A stretch of 20,000 nucleotides of DNA. Origin: Lama guanicoe. Its lineage: Eukaryota. The position numbers were made by a program, and so were the translations under genes. Positions 1 through 11,798 of this stretch are shown one piece after another. The stretch is taken from positions 54,234 to 74,233 of the forward strand of contig MU053722.1 in assembly GCA_013239625.1 (NCBI GenBank). Reading direction: 5' to 3'. The notes beneath the pieces are model-generated. The model worked only from the letters and a program-made list of their open reading frames with translations, had not been told where the DNA came from and did no database searches. The stretch's first letter is position 1. Each line of letters begins with the position of its first letter.

Positions 1-740
1 AGCAATAAATTCTAAATATAGATATTAAACAGGAATTGAAAATAAATTTGATTTTAGGGTCAAGTCTTTTAAAACCTGAGTCAGTACTAAAGTTTAATCC
101 ATCAAAAGTTACAATAATTATCTTAGCAGTTAAAATTCTCTTAAGTTCAAAATATTAATTTGTACATCCAGTATACTTTCTTGATTGAGGAGAATGCTGC
201 AGAAGTTCTTCATCTCACTCAAAAAGCAAAAGCAAAAACAAAGACACCACTCATCTATTTCCGTGATATTAAACCAATTTAGTTTTAACTATACATGTTT
301 ATGTAAGAGCTCACACCGTTTATACGTTAGAACTTTTAGTTTTACTGTATATAGCAATTTTCATAGAGTGAAAAAGTTATGTAAATGGTAAAACTCTGAA
401 TATAACATAGCTAAGAAAATAAGCATTCTTTAATGAAAAAATTTCATGAGAAAAAAAACCTTAAGCATGAGTATGTAGGTTTTAGTTTATTCCAGTGTAT
501 TTTATTCACTGCATAATATCATTGTATTAGATGACATAAAATAAAATAATCCAAAGAGAATCTATACATACATACAACTACTTAAATACATTAAAACAAA
601 AGTTTCTTCCCATGAACAGATGGAACATCATTTTGACAGTACGAGGGCTACTTTGAGTAGAGTAACACACATTGAACGGTTTCTGAGGCAAGTCTTAAGG
701 CATAACTGAGAGGAAGTACAGGCCCCTAAATTGAATGGGA

Positions 741-775
741 ATACACACGTACACACACACACACATCACATACAT
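741..775. repeat. Short imperfect (CA)n microsatellite
   Basis: (AC)7 at 751-764 with degenerate CA/TA flanks. Confidence 0.8.
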
Positions 776-1499
776 ATTCTTTGTCTATTTATAAAAAGAG
801 CCATTCTCATAAAATCATAAAATTTTGGTCAGGTTTTCAGAAACCTTTCAGTAATTCTCAATGTTATTTTTTTTAACCTATGGGTATTTATTATTAAATT
901 TATTAGTGTATTTAAAATTTTCAAATTGTATTAAAACTATAGAGAAAATTTGATAAGCATTGGGTTAAGAAGCATTGGAGTAAAAAGTGAAATTTCATTA
1001 AAGGAAAGTCAGTGGATAAATTAAACTATCTGAATAATTGCTTATGATAGGAAGATTTTTAAATATAATTTAAAAAGAATGTATTCAATAATAGGTACTT
1101 GCTCTCCTTTTAAAAAAATTATTTTGAAAGCTAGAGAGATAACTAATTAAACTTTTTTTTTCCTGTTTGGATTGAGGTAGACAAATGTAACTGTTTTTAC
1201 TTACCCTAAATATTTTCCATCCTTAGCCATATCTCATTTGGCTGAATACAGATCAACACACACATTTCCAATTTTTGAGAATTTCACAATAGAGCTTAGT
1301 CAAATATGGTTAACACTTTATAATGAAAGGTGAAGATACATTGATGCTATATAAAAAGATGAAATATGGAAATATCAGCTAGAAAGAAAGACGGTAGAAG
1401 TTGTATATTGGGTGGAGGGGTGGAGCTTTGTTTGGAACCAGAGTTTTCACCCTTAACATAACCTGTGGATAACTCCCTACCCCCAGTCCTGAATTCCTG

Positions 1500-1780
1500 G
1501 ATCTCTGCTGATGCTTTTGTGCTGGCTGGAGGTCTTATGTCCCTCACCATGCTTGCTAAAATTTGCTCATCCTACCTTTGAAGACACCGATCAGACAGTA
1601 TTTCTCTGCCTTCCTCCCCACCCCACTCCGACAGCAATCATGGATCCATTTACTCCAGAATTTACCTCCCTTTAATGTGTACTTTCATAGAACTTTGCCT
1701 GTTTATAGTATTAGTAACAAAGCATTCTTATTTGTCTTTCTTGTGAACTGTGTCTTTGAGATCCTCAAGAACAGTACACA
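1500..1780 (+). mobile_element. Degraded L2 LINE 3' region, followed by a MIR; probable L2 tail resumes at ~2095-2185
   Basis: CTCATCCTACCTTTGAAGAC...GCCTTCC...TTATTTGTCTTTC...GAGATCCTCAAGAACAG resembles the recalled L2 3' consensus; highly diverged. Confidence 0.55.
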
Positions 1781-1787
1781 GTTTTTG

Positions 1788-1980
1788 GAGATGAAGAGAA
1801 TTAGAATCAAAGTCATAGTCACCCTCTTAACTAGCTAGCCAACTTTGACAAGTATGTTAATCTATAGTTTCCTCATCTGTTAAAACTGGAATAATAAAAT
1901 TAATTTCGTATGGTGATGGCAAAGACAGATTTAGATAAAATGGATAATGTGCTTAACACATTGCTTGTCATAACACTTAT
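1788..1980 (+). mobile_element. MIR SINE
   Basis: Core ACTAGCT..ACTTTGACAAGT..AGTTTCCTCATCTGTTAAAACTGGAATAATA..GTGCTTAACACATTGCTTGTCATA matches the MIR core and tail. Confidence 0.85.
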
Positions 1981-2094
1981 GGTCCCACATTCCCATACAA
2001 ATTCCTTACATTTATTTGTTGAAATTTAAATTCCTAGGGTATCTATTACTTGTTAAGTGCTGAGTATATGGCATTTCCTTTCCATTCCTTTCCA

Positions 2095-2186
2095 TTTTTC
2101 GTCCTCCTATTCATCTTCAGTTCTAGTCTGAGCATCAAGAAAACGCCTGACAAACAGTTAAAAATAATTATATTGAATTGAATGAT
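2095..2186 (+). mobile_element. L2 3' tail fragment
   Basis: GCCTGACAAACAGTT...ATATTGAATTGAATGA resembles the L2 terminus (GCCTGGCACATAG...TTGAATGAATGA). Confidence 0.45.
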
Positions 2187-2279
2187 GTGTGTATATTTTT
2201 TGAGTGGTCTAATTTTAATAACTTATAAAATGCAGCAGTTAAAAAGATGACAAACAAAATAAGCAATCATCCCATTGTC

Positions 2280-2645
2280 ATCAGACATCACATACACAAC
2301 ACATGTGTACACACATACACAAAATACCTTCTTTCTGCACTTTTATCATGAAAGTGTGTTTATGTCATATGTATTGTATATATCACTTATTGTAATATAA
2401 TACAATATATAGTATCCATAGTGTATATACTGTACCTTATATATAATATAATACATATACTATATGTATAGTATGCATGTATTATTGACATATAATATAT
2501 ACATACATATTTTAGCTTACATTTTTCACTTTAATATTCTGTTTCAGTCATCTTCATGTGGTTAAATATTGTAAACTATGTTATTTTAAATACCTGAATA
2601 CTGTCGCTTCAAGGGATGCACTATCATTTATTTAATCATTTTGTT
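2280..2645 (-). mobile_element. Ancient L1 (L1ME-like) 3' UTR fragment containing a degenerate CA/TA low-complexity tract
   Basis: TTTTTCACTTTAATAT...CATGTGGTT...TCATTTATTTAATCATT is typical antisense old-L1 3' UTR. TA-rich tract at ~2365-2510. Confidence 0.5.
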
Positions 2646-3384
2646 GTTTAGGTAAGAAAATGGTTAACATTTTTAAGTCTTTATCTCTAAAATATAACAT
2701 ATTTACATTTGCTTCCAAAATTAATATTTCTCATCATATTAGTTATATTTTGTGTTGTGTGTTTCTTTGATGTTTTGAGGTTTTTTGAGGAAAACGTAGA
2801 GTACACTAAAAACAAAGTAGGTTATACTCTCTTTTGTTTAATTAATGTTGATAAAGATATACTGAGCAGATGTACATGAGAAATGTCCTATATATAAAAC
2901 AGCTTTATATTTTAAGTTTTGAGGAAACTGTTGTAATCACAGGCAAAGAAAGCCAATCAATGCAGTTATCAAAATGACTGGTTTCCCAACTGAGTATTTT
3001 ATGAATTCAGAAACACTCTTTGTTACTAAAGAGATGTTGCAGAAGTAATGTCACCCAGGACATAGATTTACCTTGCTGTTTTATTGACAGTTTTATAATT
3101 TATTTTAGTTTTCCTCTTTTTTGGTCATTTTTCTTCCTTTTGAATAGTCACTGTTAATACACTTTTGTTTCCCTTACTAATTCACAAAATGCTTCAGTGA
3201 AATGTTTTTAAACAACAAAATCATTAACTGAACTAAATAATTATATATGCAGGTACCAACATCCATGGATTTTCACTTCTACTATTGGCATGATATTCTT
3301 GGCCTAATTTCCTGTTTATTCATCTATGTAAGCCAACATACTCAATAATTTTTATAATTTGAATCCGGATAAGTAAGTCAATAT

Positions 3385-3450
3385 TGTAAATAAGCTAGGG
3401 TACTTGGGATACATCGATGACAAATCAGACTAAGATCTCTGAAATAGAGT
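3385..3450 (-). mobile_element. L2 3' end fragment
   Basis: CTAGGGTACTTGGGATACATCGATGACAAATCAGAC resembles the antisense L2 CTAGGCGCTGGGGATACAGCAGTGAACAAAACAGAC. Confidence 0.5.
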
Positions 3451-3746
3451 AGTTTACTAAAATTTTTATTTTCTCTTTATTGTTACAGCTGCTAATTTTA
3501 TTTTAAATAATACATGTATTGGTGACCAAAGGAGATGCTGTCGTAACAACAAAAATTAAAAATTCTAAAAAAGAAGAGCAGCCTCTGTTAGAGGTTGTTC
3601 ACTAGGCAGAGAGCAAATTGGTAATAGACCTGGAAATTTGGAGACAGAACCTCCTCCTTGGTAAAAGTGCAAGAGATGCAAAGTTGACCAGGTTACCTTC
3701 TGAGACTAAGGCTCTATGGGAAAACATTTGAGACAGAGAGTTGAAG

Positions 3747-4046
3747 CATTTACAGATCTCAGACCCCCAAATTTATCCCTTCCTACTCCAGGTAACCATG
3801 AGATTGTGTACTATGTCTTTGAGATTTGCAGATATTAACTACTGTGTATAAAAACAGATGACAAACAGATTTCTTCTGTATAGCACAGGAAACTATATTC
3901 AATATCTTGTAGTAACCTTTAATGAAAAAGAATATGAAAACAAGTATATGTATATATACCCGTGAGTGAGACATTATGCTGTATACCAGAAATTGACACA
4001 TTGTAACTGGCTATACTTCAATAAAAAACATAATAAATTTGAAAAA
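3747..4046 (+). mobile_element. 5'-truncated L1 3' end (camelid/cetartiodactyl type) with an inverted 5' segment
   Basis: 3821-4046 is sense L1 3' UTR (CTGTATAGCACAGGAAACTATATTCAATATCTTGTA...AGAAATTGACACATTGTAACTG..TATACTTCAATAAAAAA) with an A-rich tail. 3747-3823 is the adjacent upstream L1 sequence in antisense (AAATTTATCCCTTCC...GGTAACCAT...CTATGTCTTTGAG). Confidence 0.85.
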
Positions 4047-4699
4047 GAAGACAGTTCACAGAAAATTGGGGGTGGAGTGGGTTCATACTGGACCAATGCA
4101 GAAGAAATGTTTAGCTTCACCTAACTAAGCTTTGGTCTATTCCTTGGTGATGTGTAGTTATATTTTATAGTATATAAATGTCATTATTTTTTAAACATTA
4201 AAGATATGTTGAGTGTGCATTTGCTCTTAACTGGCTGAGTTCAGCAAGGTATTAAAGAAATGAGCTCAGGCAAGACATGGGCAAGTTTGATAGCAAATAA
4301 TGAAAGCTAATAGAAAGAATCCAAAATCTTGGGGCCTCCAGTATTTGAAAAGTTAACTATTTCTAGTCCTCAAAAGTAAAAGATGTGATTGAAAAAGGAT
4401 TTGGATGGCATAGGACCATTCAGATTTATACCTCCAAGAGTAGATTAAAAATAGGGCCTTCCAATTCAAACTCATTCTTTCAGGCAGCCTCAAGATGCAT
4501 ATTAATTTGAGAGCAATAACCAAGGAAGTTAAATACAGAGACATAAATCAGTTTTAGAAGCTTCCTCTGGAAAAGATTTTTGTGTGGTTATTGGCTCAAA
4601 AAACTAACTGTAAATAAATGGATCTCAGTCCCACTGAATTTTTGAGAAAATGTTGTCAAATAAGTTACTGATTTAAAAAGCTTTGAATATTTGACTCTT

Positions 4700-5272
4700 C
4701 TATTTTTTATTGAGTGAAAGATTCTTTAAATTCTGCAAGGCTTTATAGTTTTCAAAAGTTTCACACACCGGATTTCATATAATCCCATCATAAACCTTTT
4801 TTAAAAAATCTCCTACACCTATATTGCCTCTCTCCCTTCCTGTCTCCCCACTGGTAGCCATTAGTTTATTCTCTATATATCTGTGAGTCTGCTTCTTTTT
4901 TGTCTTATTCACTAGTTTGTTGTATTTTTTTAGATTCTGCACATAAGTGATTATCATACAGTATTTGTCTTTTTCTGTCTGACTTATTTCACATGGCATA
5001 ATGCCCCCCCCCAGTCCATCCATGTTGCTGCAAATGGCAGAATTCCATTCTTTTTTATGCCCAAGTAGTATTCCATTGTACATATACCACAGCTTCTTTA
5101 TCCATTTATCTGTTGATGGATGCTTAGGTTGTTTCCATACCTTGGTAGGTGTAAATAATGCTGCTATGAACTTTGGGGTGTGTGCATGTATCTTTTTGAA
5201 GTAGTTTCAGTTTACATCCCCATCAACAGTGTAGGAGGGTTCCCTTTTACCCCACATTGTCGCTGACATTTG
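4700..5272 (-). mobile_element. 5'-truncated L1 (ORF2 C-terminus plus 3' UTR) with 17-bp TSD
   Basis: Antisense L1 end with AATAAA and a short poly(A) at ~4703-4711. TSD TTGAATATTTGACTCTT (4683-4699) vs TTGAATATTTGAGTCTT (5273-5289). TT/AAGA endonuclease-like site on the minus strand. Confidence 0.93.
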
Positions 5273-5552
5273 TTGAATATTTGAGTCTTAACCCTTGAGT
5301 CCCCAAACTTAAAGAACCTAAGTCTCCCCAAGAGATTTCATTCCTGACACCCACCTTAAATATGGAGGAAAATGGACAAGGAAAACCTCTTACTGTTAAG
5401 TCTGGAACATGAAGGACAATAGAGAGAAAAATTCCTCCTGGAAAGCAGAATCAAGGGATTCACCGGGAAGTTTAAAGCAGGATCCACCAACAGGAGTCGA
5501 TCATTGTCATGGCCCAGTGATACTGTGTTTTTTTCTTATGTTTCCTGATGAA

Positions 5553-5667
5553 NNNNNNNNNNNNNNNNNNNNNNNNNNNNNNNNNNNNNNNNNNNNNNNN
5601 NNNNNNNNNNNNNNNNNNNNNNNNNNNNNNNNNNNNNNNNNNNNNNNNNNNNNNNNNNNNNNNNNNN
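5553..5667. other. Assembly gap (115 N)
   Basis: Run of N. Confidence 1.
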
Positions 5668-5679
5668 TAATGTACTTTT

Positions 5680-5818
5680 TGTTAAGAAGAGAAAACATAG
5701 GTGAGGAAAAATATTGGAGTAGATGGTGAGTGAGTCAAGATAGTTATTTTGGACAGGTTTAGCTTGAGTTGGCTATCGGGGTGGAAGTTTTGAGGTCACG
5801 TATGCAGTTACACATATT
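5680..5818 (-). mobile_element. L2 internal fragment
   Basis: TCAAGATAGTTATTTTGGACAGGTTTAGCTTGAG resembles the antisense L2 TCAAGAGTTCAGTTTTGGACATGTTAAGTTTGAG. Confidence 0.65.
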
Positions 5819-5991
5819 GTCCTTATTAAAATTCTTTTATCTTGTGAATGTTTACTGAAGCATACTCCTCAGCCTCATGTTAAAGAAGTACTTACTACGA
5901 TCATGCTTAGCTTCTCCCTTATTTTTAGAGCTATCATTCTAGAAATGATTGGTCCTGATGGCAAGATCCATTTTCCAAAAAGGAAGAAAAC

Positions 5992-6230
5992 ATATAATAT
6001 AGTGGCTCAAGACAATGTAGTCAGTGCATCTGGATTTACATTTGTTCTCCAACTTTCAACCTCTATAACAATAATAAAGTTACTTCATCTCTATAAGTCC
6101 GCATTTCCTCCAATGTAAAGTGATATAAACTCTTGTCAACTTGATAGAAGATTAAATGAGCTAACATATTTAGTATGTAAACCATAGGAAATATTTGAAA
6201 TATGGTAAAAATAAAATGGCAATAATCGTG
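5992..6230 (+). mobile_element. MIR SINE
   Basis: TATAGTGGCT..., AAGTTACTTCATCTCTATAAG..CATTTCCTC..ATGTAAA and AGATTAAATGAGCTAACATAT match MIR in order. Confidence 0.75.
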
Positions 6231-7964
6231 GTAGATATGTTGATAAATTCCCTATTATGCAAAAAATTAGTACTAAATCACATTGCATGCTTCTGGGACA
6301 AATGATTCATGGTTTAAGGAATGATGGCTTAATGCTATCATACTTTTTTACAATACCCAATGACTTTTCCTTTTAGTAAAACCATGATATCAAACTCCTA
6401 GCTCTATTATTTAACTTAAAAATGATATCTCACAGTCATAATCTTTTAAAAATGGGGTAAATTATTTTTACCAAATAGTTTTCCTTGCCAAGGAAAGAAT
6501 AAAATCTGTTATTTTCTACCTATTTACATCATGTTGTGAAATATTTGTACAATTTTGATTAGAGGAATATAAAGAAAAGGGAGTTGCTTTTTTAAAAACT
6601 ATTAAGTGCCACTCTTAGCCTTTAATTCAAACTGAAACCTTTTTTCATAGTAATTTTTTAAGATGTTGGCAGTTTTTTATGGTCTGTTCTCAATATCTTT
6701 TCACGATATGAGGCATATAATGTGGGATTTTCTCTAAAAATTTAATTGTAACAAACATTTGATTTCAATGAAAAGTTGAACCAAAGGAAATTCTCACCTG
6801 ACTTTTTTTCCTGTTTTCTGCCCTGAGTTGCTCATTTTTAATAATTCTTTTTTACAATATGTCAGAGGTTACAGTATATGTTGCATGTACTACAAATGGC
6901 ATATCACAAGTTTTTAGCCCATAAGTTTAATTTTCTTACTATAAGCAGAATGACCAAATGCTTTTATCTAGCAATCGTGTCTGTAAATGTATTCTGTGTG
7001 GCATATTTCCAATGCTGAGAGATTAAAAAATTATTTTCCTTGCCTGGAAAGAGTACTCAGCAGATATAAAAAAAAAAAATAGGGGGATGATGCATTTAAA
7101 ATTAGTCCAGGTTCCAAAAGTGGATTATATATGATACATGTATAAATAATGCTCCCAAAGTGTAATAAGTGATGCACCAGGAAGGAACATTTTGATACTT
7201 TGGCAAAGAGAGACAATAGATTTTGAATCTACTTGCTCTTAGAAATAACAGTTTTGATGATTTTGAACTTGGCTGAATTTTCTGATGTCACTCAATAAAC
7301 TATTACAAATTTATTTTGTGCATATAATGAAAGGGCAGAATTCCCAAGCAAACAAAACACATGTTTTATTACTCTGCTTATGTTCCAAACAGGATAAGTT
7401 ACTGACAGTGCAACAGCTTAGTTTAAATATTCTAGTTCATCTTCCTCCAGAGACTTTTTCTTGGCAGGTTGACATTCAAAACTATTGATGACTGTATTCA
7501 CATATTAAAACCACTTTTTAAATTGCTTTTAACCAACATCCTTGTATTTGTCATTGTCCATCATATCTTCTCTATCTTAAGTCTAAGGAAATAATAAGCC
7601 CCCACCTTTCACTGTTTGTTTTTTTTTAAATTTTCACGCTTTTCAGTTTGCTTCTACATATATGTTGTCATTGACTATTCATGACATCCTATTAGAGAAT
7701 TAAGACAAATTTTTACCTTCACTCATTTTGCATGTAGGAAACAACAAACATTGTGAGAAGTTGGTGTTGCAAGCTAGTTATCGATATCTCCAATATTGGA
7801 ATGTAACTGTAATTGTTCAAATTAGGACTCAATTTAGGGTTTCTTATATCACAGAAATATTATTTGTCCTAGTGTGTTCTCCCTTTTAACTCTTTCCTCT
7901 CCTATTATTTGTATAATTTCTCACAGCAAGTAGCCACAGTAAGCATGGAGACCATCTCATAGTG

Positions 7965-8105
7965 GTCCCACTGTTTCATTAGTATATCAGCAAGCCCCTG
8001 TTACCTCACAGAATTGAAGTGTTTGAAGTCATGAGGAAAATAAGTGAAATGAAAATATTTCAAACAGCATGACTGGTATTGTAAACAGTTGATAAAATTC
8101 AGTTT
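7965..8105 (+). mobile_element. Possible degraded MIR 3' half
   Basis: TACCTCACAG..TGAGGA..AAGTGAAAT..CATGACTGG weakly follows the MIR tail. Confidence 0.35.
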
Positions 8106-8429
8106 CAATTCATATTTATCTAAAACATAGAATGCACATATTTAAAACTTCTAGAATAAAACAGTTCTCAATTTAATTGTACCCTTAGTAACAACAGTCA
8201 GCTGTTTTGGGTCTTTTTTTTTTAATGTCAAGGGAATCATTTTGTAACATCTTTTCAAGGACAGCCTGTTTCTATTCCACCGAAGGCTCAATTGCATCTT
8301 GTTTCTTTATTGACCACATTTTTTTTTTTAGAAGTGTGACACACTCCCATTAAGTTCATGTGGCTGTAGTCCTATATAGCAAGGCAGAAGTTCCAAAGTC
8401 CATACAAAAAGAACTTCCTTTTAAGCCTA

Positions 8430-8620
8430 TAATCAATAGTTGCCAATGATGTATAAGCATCGATTATTAACAATGGACGTGGTTAAGTTGTTTTACTTAC
8501 GTCTGCTTTTAAAGCACTTGTAATGGATTGCTACTGTCAGGTGCAGCCATTAAACAGAGTTCGTTCCGCTGAAAGCACAGAGAAGGGTCAGAATTGTTGA
8601 CCGGAGATATTTAATAATCC
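8430..8620. promoter_or_regulatory. Candidate conserved non-coding element or developmental enhancer
   Basis: Not recognisably repeat-derived. Six CpGs in ~145 bp against a depleted background, with clustered ONECUT/CUX, SOX, HOX, MEIS, E-box and TAATCC motifs. Confidence 0.35.
8501..8568 (-). other. Candidate 68-nt non-coding or poison exon
   Basis: Minus strand reads TTCTGAC (branch-like) CCTTCTCTGTGCTTTCAG | 68 nt | GTAAGT. Stop codons occur in all three frames. Confidence 0.3.
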
Positions 8621-9274
8621 CAGGTTATTTCTCTTTGATTCAAAAATTCACCCTCTGTGATATACTAAAAAAAAATCTGACTTACAGATGAATGTCTGCT
8701 ATATTATTTATAAAATATAAATATTAGGATTATTACATGTATTCAGATTTTATTGAACCTGCAATAAATTTACTACAAAACCAGAATTTGCCAAAGATTA
8801 GACATGAGTTTTTTCATAAAGCATTTCCAAATAAAAGTCAGAAATCTTTACTGGAATAAGGAAATAAATTACAAACCAAGTTGAGGTAAAGTCTTGGCAT
8901 GAGGCAGCACAGGGCAGCACTATAAAATTGTGATAAAATACACTAAGTGATTTTTTTTGAAAGGTATTACCTAAAGACCCAGAGGAGATCCCTGTGGAGC
9001 AAAATTTTAGATTGAAATTTATCCAGAGTATCAGGGCCAAGTGTGAAAAACAGAACTTTCAGTAAGACTCACTTAAATTTCAAAACTAGAAACCTAAGTA
9101 GAATAAAAGGCAGGCAAATGGTAGAAAAATCAACTCAACACCTTGAGTTTATACTATGAGAAAAAATGATGTGAAACCAAGGAAGAAATATGCAGAGATC
9201 TCATTAGCTTTTCTGGAATAGAATGACAAGGGTTGGACCTATTCAGAGGGAAAAAGATCATGATGAGATTATAA

Positions 9275-9387
9275 ATAGAGTATCATCTTTAAAAACTGTG
9301 AATCACTCTATTGTACACCTGTAACTTGTATAGTATTATATATCAACTATACTTTACTAAACAAAAATAATAATAAAAATAAAAAAC
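9275..9387 (+). mobile_element. Very short L1 3' terminus with A-rich tail
   Basis: GTGAATCACTCTATTGTACACCTGTAACTTGTATAGTATTATATATCAACTATACTT followed by an A-rich tail. Confidence 0.85.
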
Positions 9388-9414
9388 ATGATCACTAATT
9401 CATCATCAGCTATA

Positions 9415-9600
9415 TGTAATGTGCCTACTTCCTGCTAGTTTTCTCAAGTATTATCTTTAATTCTTAAAATAACCTTGTAGGGAAACCATTATAATAATTT
9501 TTATTCCACGTGGGTAACTGAGGTTCAGAGGTGTTTAATAGCATGCCCAAGGCAATATAGCTAAAAAATGAACACAGCACAGTTAATCCTTACCTGATTT
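9415..9600 (-). mobile_element. MIR SINE
   Basis: TTTAATTCTTAAAATAACCTTGTAGG...GGTAACTGAGGTTCAGAGGTGTTTAATAGCATGCCCAAGGCAATATAGCTA is the antisense MIR core. Confidence 0.85.
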
Positions 9601-10004
9601 ATGGTCTATCATTGGTATCTTTTGTAGCAAACAGCTTAGACCAAGAATAGAACTTAAAATACAATGTTTGGTATGCCTTATAATTTGTACTTTTCCCAAT
9701 ATCCCATCTCCTGCATACACTTGATTGTCTAGAAAAATATTAATGTATTAAATTAAACAGAACAGCACTTAGCACTGTTAATTCATGTATTAGTGAGTGA
9801 TATCCGAATATATTTCCTTATTATCAAATTCTAACTCTTCTGAGTTTCTACTAAGAACAGAATTTCTACTAACAATAGCAGCTGAAGTTGTGGATTATCT
9901 TTCATTGACCTGGAGCATGATTTCTTCCAGACTTTTCTGTGACAAATGTTAGGGTCTCTGACACATAGCTCTGGTTCTTCAAGGCTTGGTAGACACTGGC
10001 TGCC

Positions 10005-10335
10005 CCCATGTCCTTCCTAGCTTACTTCCCTCACTCTGAAACCTCCTGAATATACATAATAACTGAGAATTTCAAAAGAGAGATTTTCTCCCAGGGGATT
10101 TTTTCTCTGCATTCTGTCAAAAAATTAGGCTTTTTAAACTTTGACAAACATCCTTCTCTGAAGGCTTCCCACAATAACCTTTCTCTACCAAGGTTTGTAG
10201 TTTGATTGCTTTAATTATCTTAAATTGTAAAATTCTCCAAACTCTTGCTATTTTTTCTGAATAACATAGAGTGGATCGTTCACCTGAAACTCTTTGTTGA
10301 CACAGAATATCATTGAAGTGTGTATTGAGAAAACT
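10005..10335 (+). mobile_element. Possible highly degraded L2 3' region
   Basis: AAACATCCTTCTCTGAAGGCTTCCC and a tail-like GACACAGAATATCATTGAAGTGTGTATTGA. Confidence 0.35.
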
Positions 10336-11760
10336 AAGATTAAATATAACTGATAAATAAAAATGAAACAGAATTTTTATAGTGTCATTAAAATTTTTTA
10401 AGTTCAGATTTACAGTAATTTAAAACACTCGATTAAAATATGATTCACTTTGATACATTTAAGTACACATAATGTTTTTTGTTTCTTAGTTGTTTGGAAG
10501 AAAGTGTTGAATCATCTGAAGACATTTAAATAGAAATTTACCAGCCAAATCATAGTTTCAATATCAAGTTGTTTCTGTCCTCAAAGATCTACATAACTTA
10601 GAATTAAAGTTTAATTCTTTAATATAGTGAGCCCAGTATTTCCCTTAGACTTTATCAAACCTAGTCCAAACCAGGTTTCTGGAAAAACAGGTTAGTTTAA
10701 AAACTTCTTTAAAAATCTGAATTTGCGGTTGTGACTTTCATTCACTTAAGCATCTATGGAATAAAGAATAAAGGCTAATATACATTTAAAAATCATTTAA
10801 TTTATATAGGAGAATCCCTTCTTTCAAATGGTTTCTTTTATAAACTTTACTTACTTTATTGGCTTTTATATGTAACACAATTTTCAAACTTACTCCCCAA
10901 AAATGAAACCTAGTATCTTGGTAGAATCACATTGAAGGTATGTTTTCACATGCCTGTGTTTTACAGAATTTAGTTTGAAGATTAAGTCACTGTGCTAAGA
11001 TTAGAAATCTGAAATGTTTGCTTTCTGAAAATAGTGAAGAAAGTGCTTTACCATTTACCTTTGGGAACACTAGGCATTTAACAGGAGAGAACGTGTATTA
11101 AAGAGACTGAGAGTGTACCTGAACCTTTCCATTGTGGTCAGATGCTTTTTGCCATAAACTGAAGTGGTTCTACAAGATTCAATTTCACATCACTTTAATA
11201 AAATCAGACATGATCAGATTTCCATCTATTTCATTTCTTAAAATTAAAAGACTTTTAAGATAGTCTTTAAATTGATGTAAGCATTTTAAATTGTTGTAGA
11301 TCAAATGAGAATGGAAACTGATTATTTTTTTGAAGCACAAGTTATAAAGATTATGTAATATTTATGAAAGAAAATTAAATCTGCCTAACCATATGATATC
11401 CTCTATGATAAATTAATTATTTAAAATATAAAGAGATTATCACAATATATCTCTTACTATGCTTTTCCAAAATTAACTCATTAAATTGAAACACTGTGTG
11501 CAAAAGAGTCACAGGGACTCAAGCTTGGTTCCTGGAGCACAAGATAGCATTTGTTTTGATGATAAAAATATTTAAGTGAAAAAATTTCAGGATGTACATT
11601 ACTAATCTCAGTTATTGTTATTTTAACTAATTAATGAAAATTCATAAACTACAGAACAAATTGCTTTGTTAATTTTTCTACCAATATACTGCAGTGTCTT
11701 TGTTCTTTTTTGGCTAGGAAAACTGCAAAGCATTTAAATTGCCTCAAATTTTTCTCTGGA

Positions 11761-11798
11761 TCTCTCTCTCTTTCTCTTTCTCTCTCTCTGTCTCTCTT
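11761..11798. repeat. Imperfect (CT)n microsatellite
   Basis: TCTCTCTCTCTTTCTCTTTCTCTCTCTCTGTCTCTC. Confidence 0.85.

Noticed and set aside
172..391. ORF 185-391 and an alternative frame YTFLIEENAAEVLHLTQKAKAK after a CAG at 169-171
   Set aside because: Weak pyrimidine tract, no usable donor, no recognisable protein, and the lysine-rich part comes from an A-rich run.
1199..1245. Minus-strand GG|GTAAGT donor with a ~37-nt upstream segment
   Set aside because: Poor acceptor and stops in all frames, with no other support.
4775..5204. 102-aa and 67-aa ORFs
   Set aside because: They lie inside the L1 3' end and are typical L1-derived spurious ORFs.
5409..5729. 106-aa and 63-aa ORFs
   Set aside because: They are open only because they read through the N gap.
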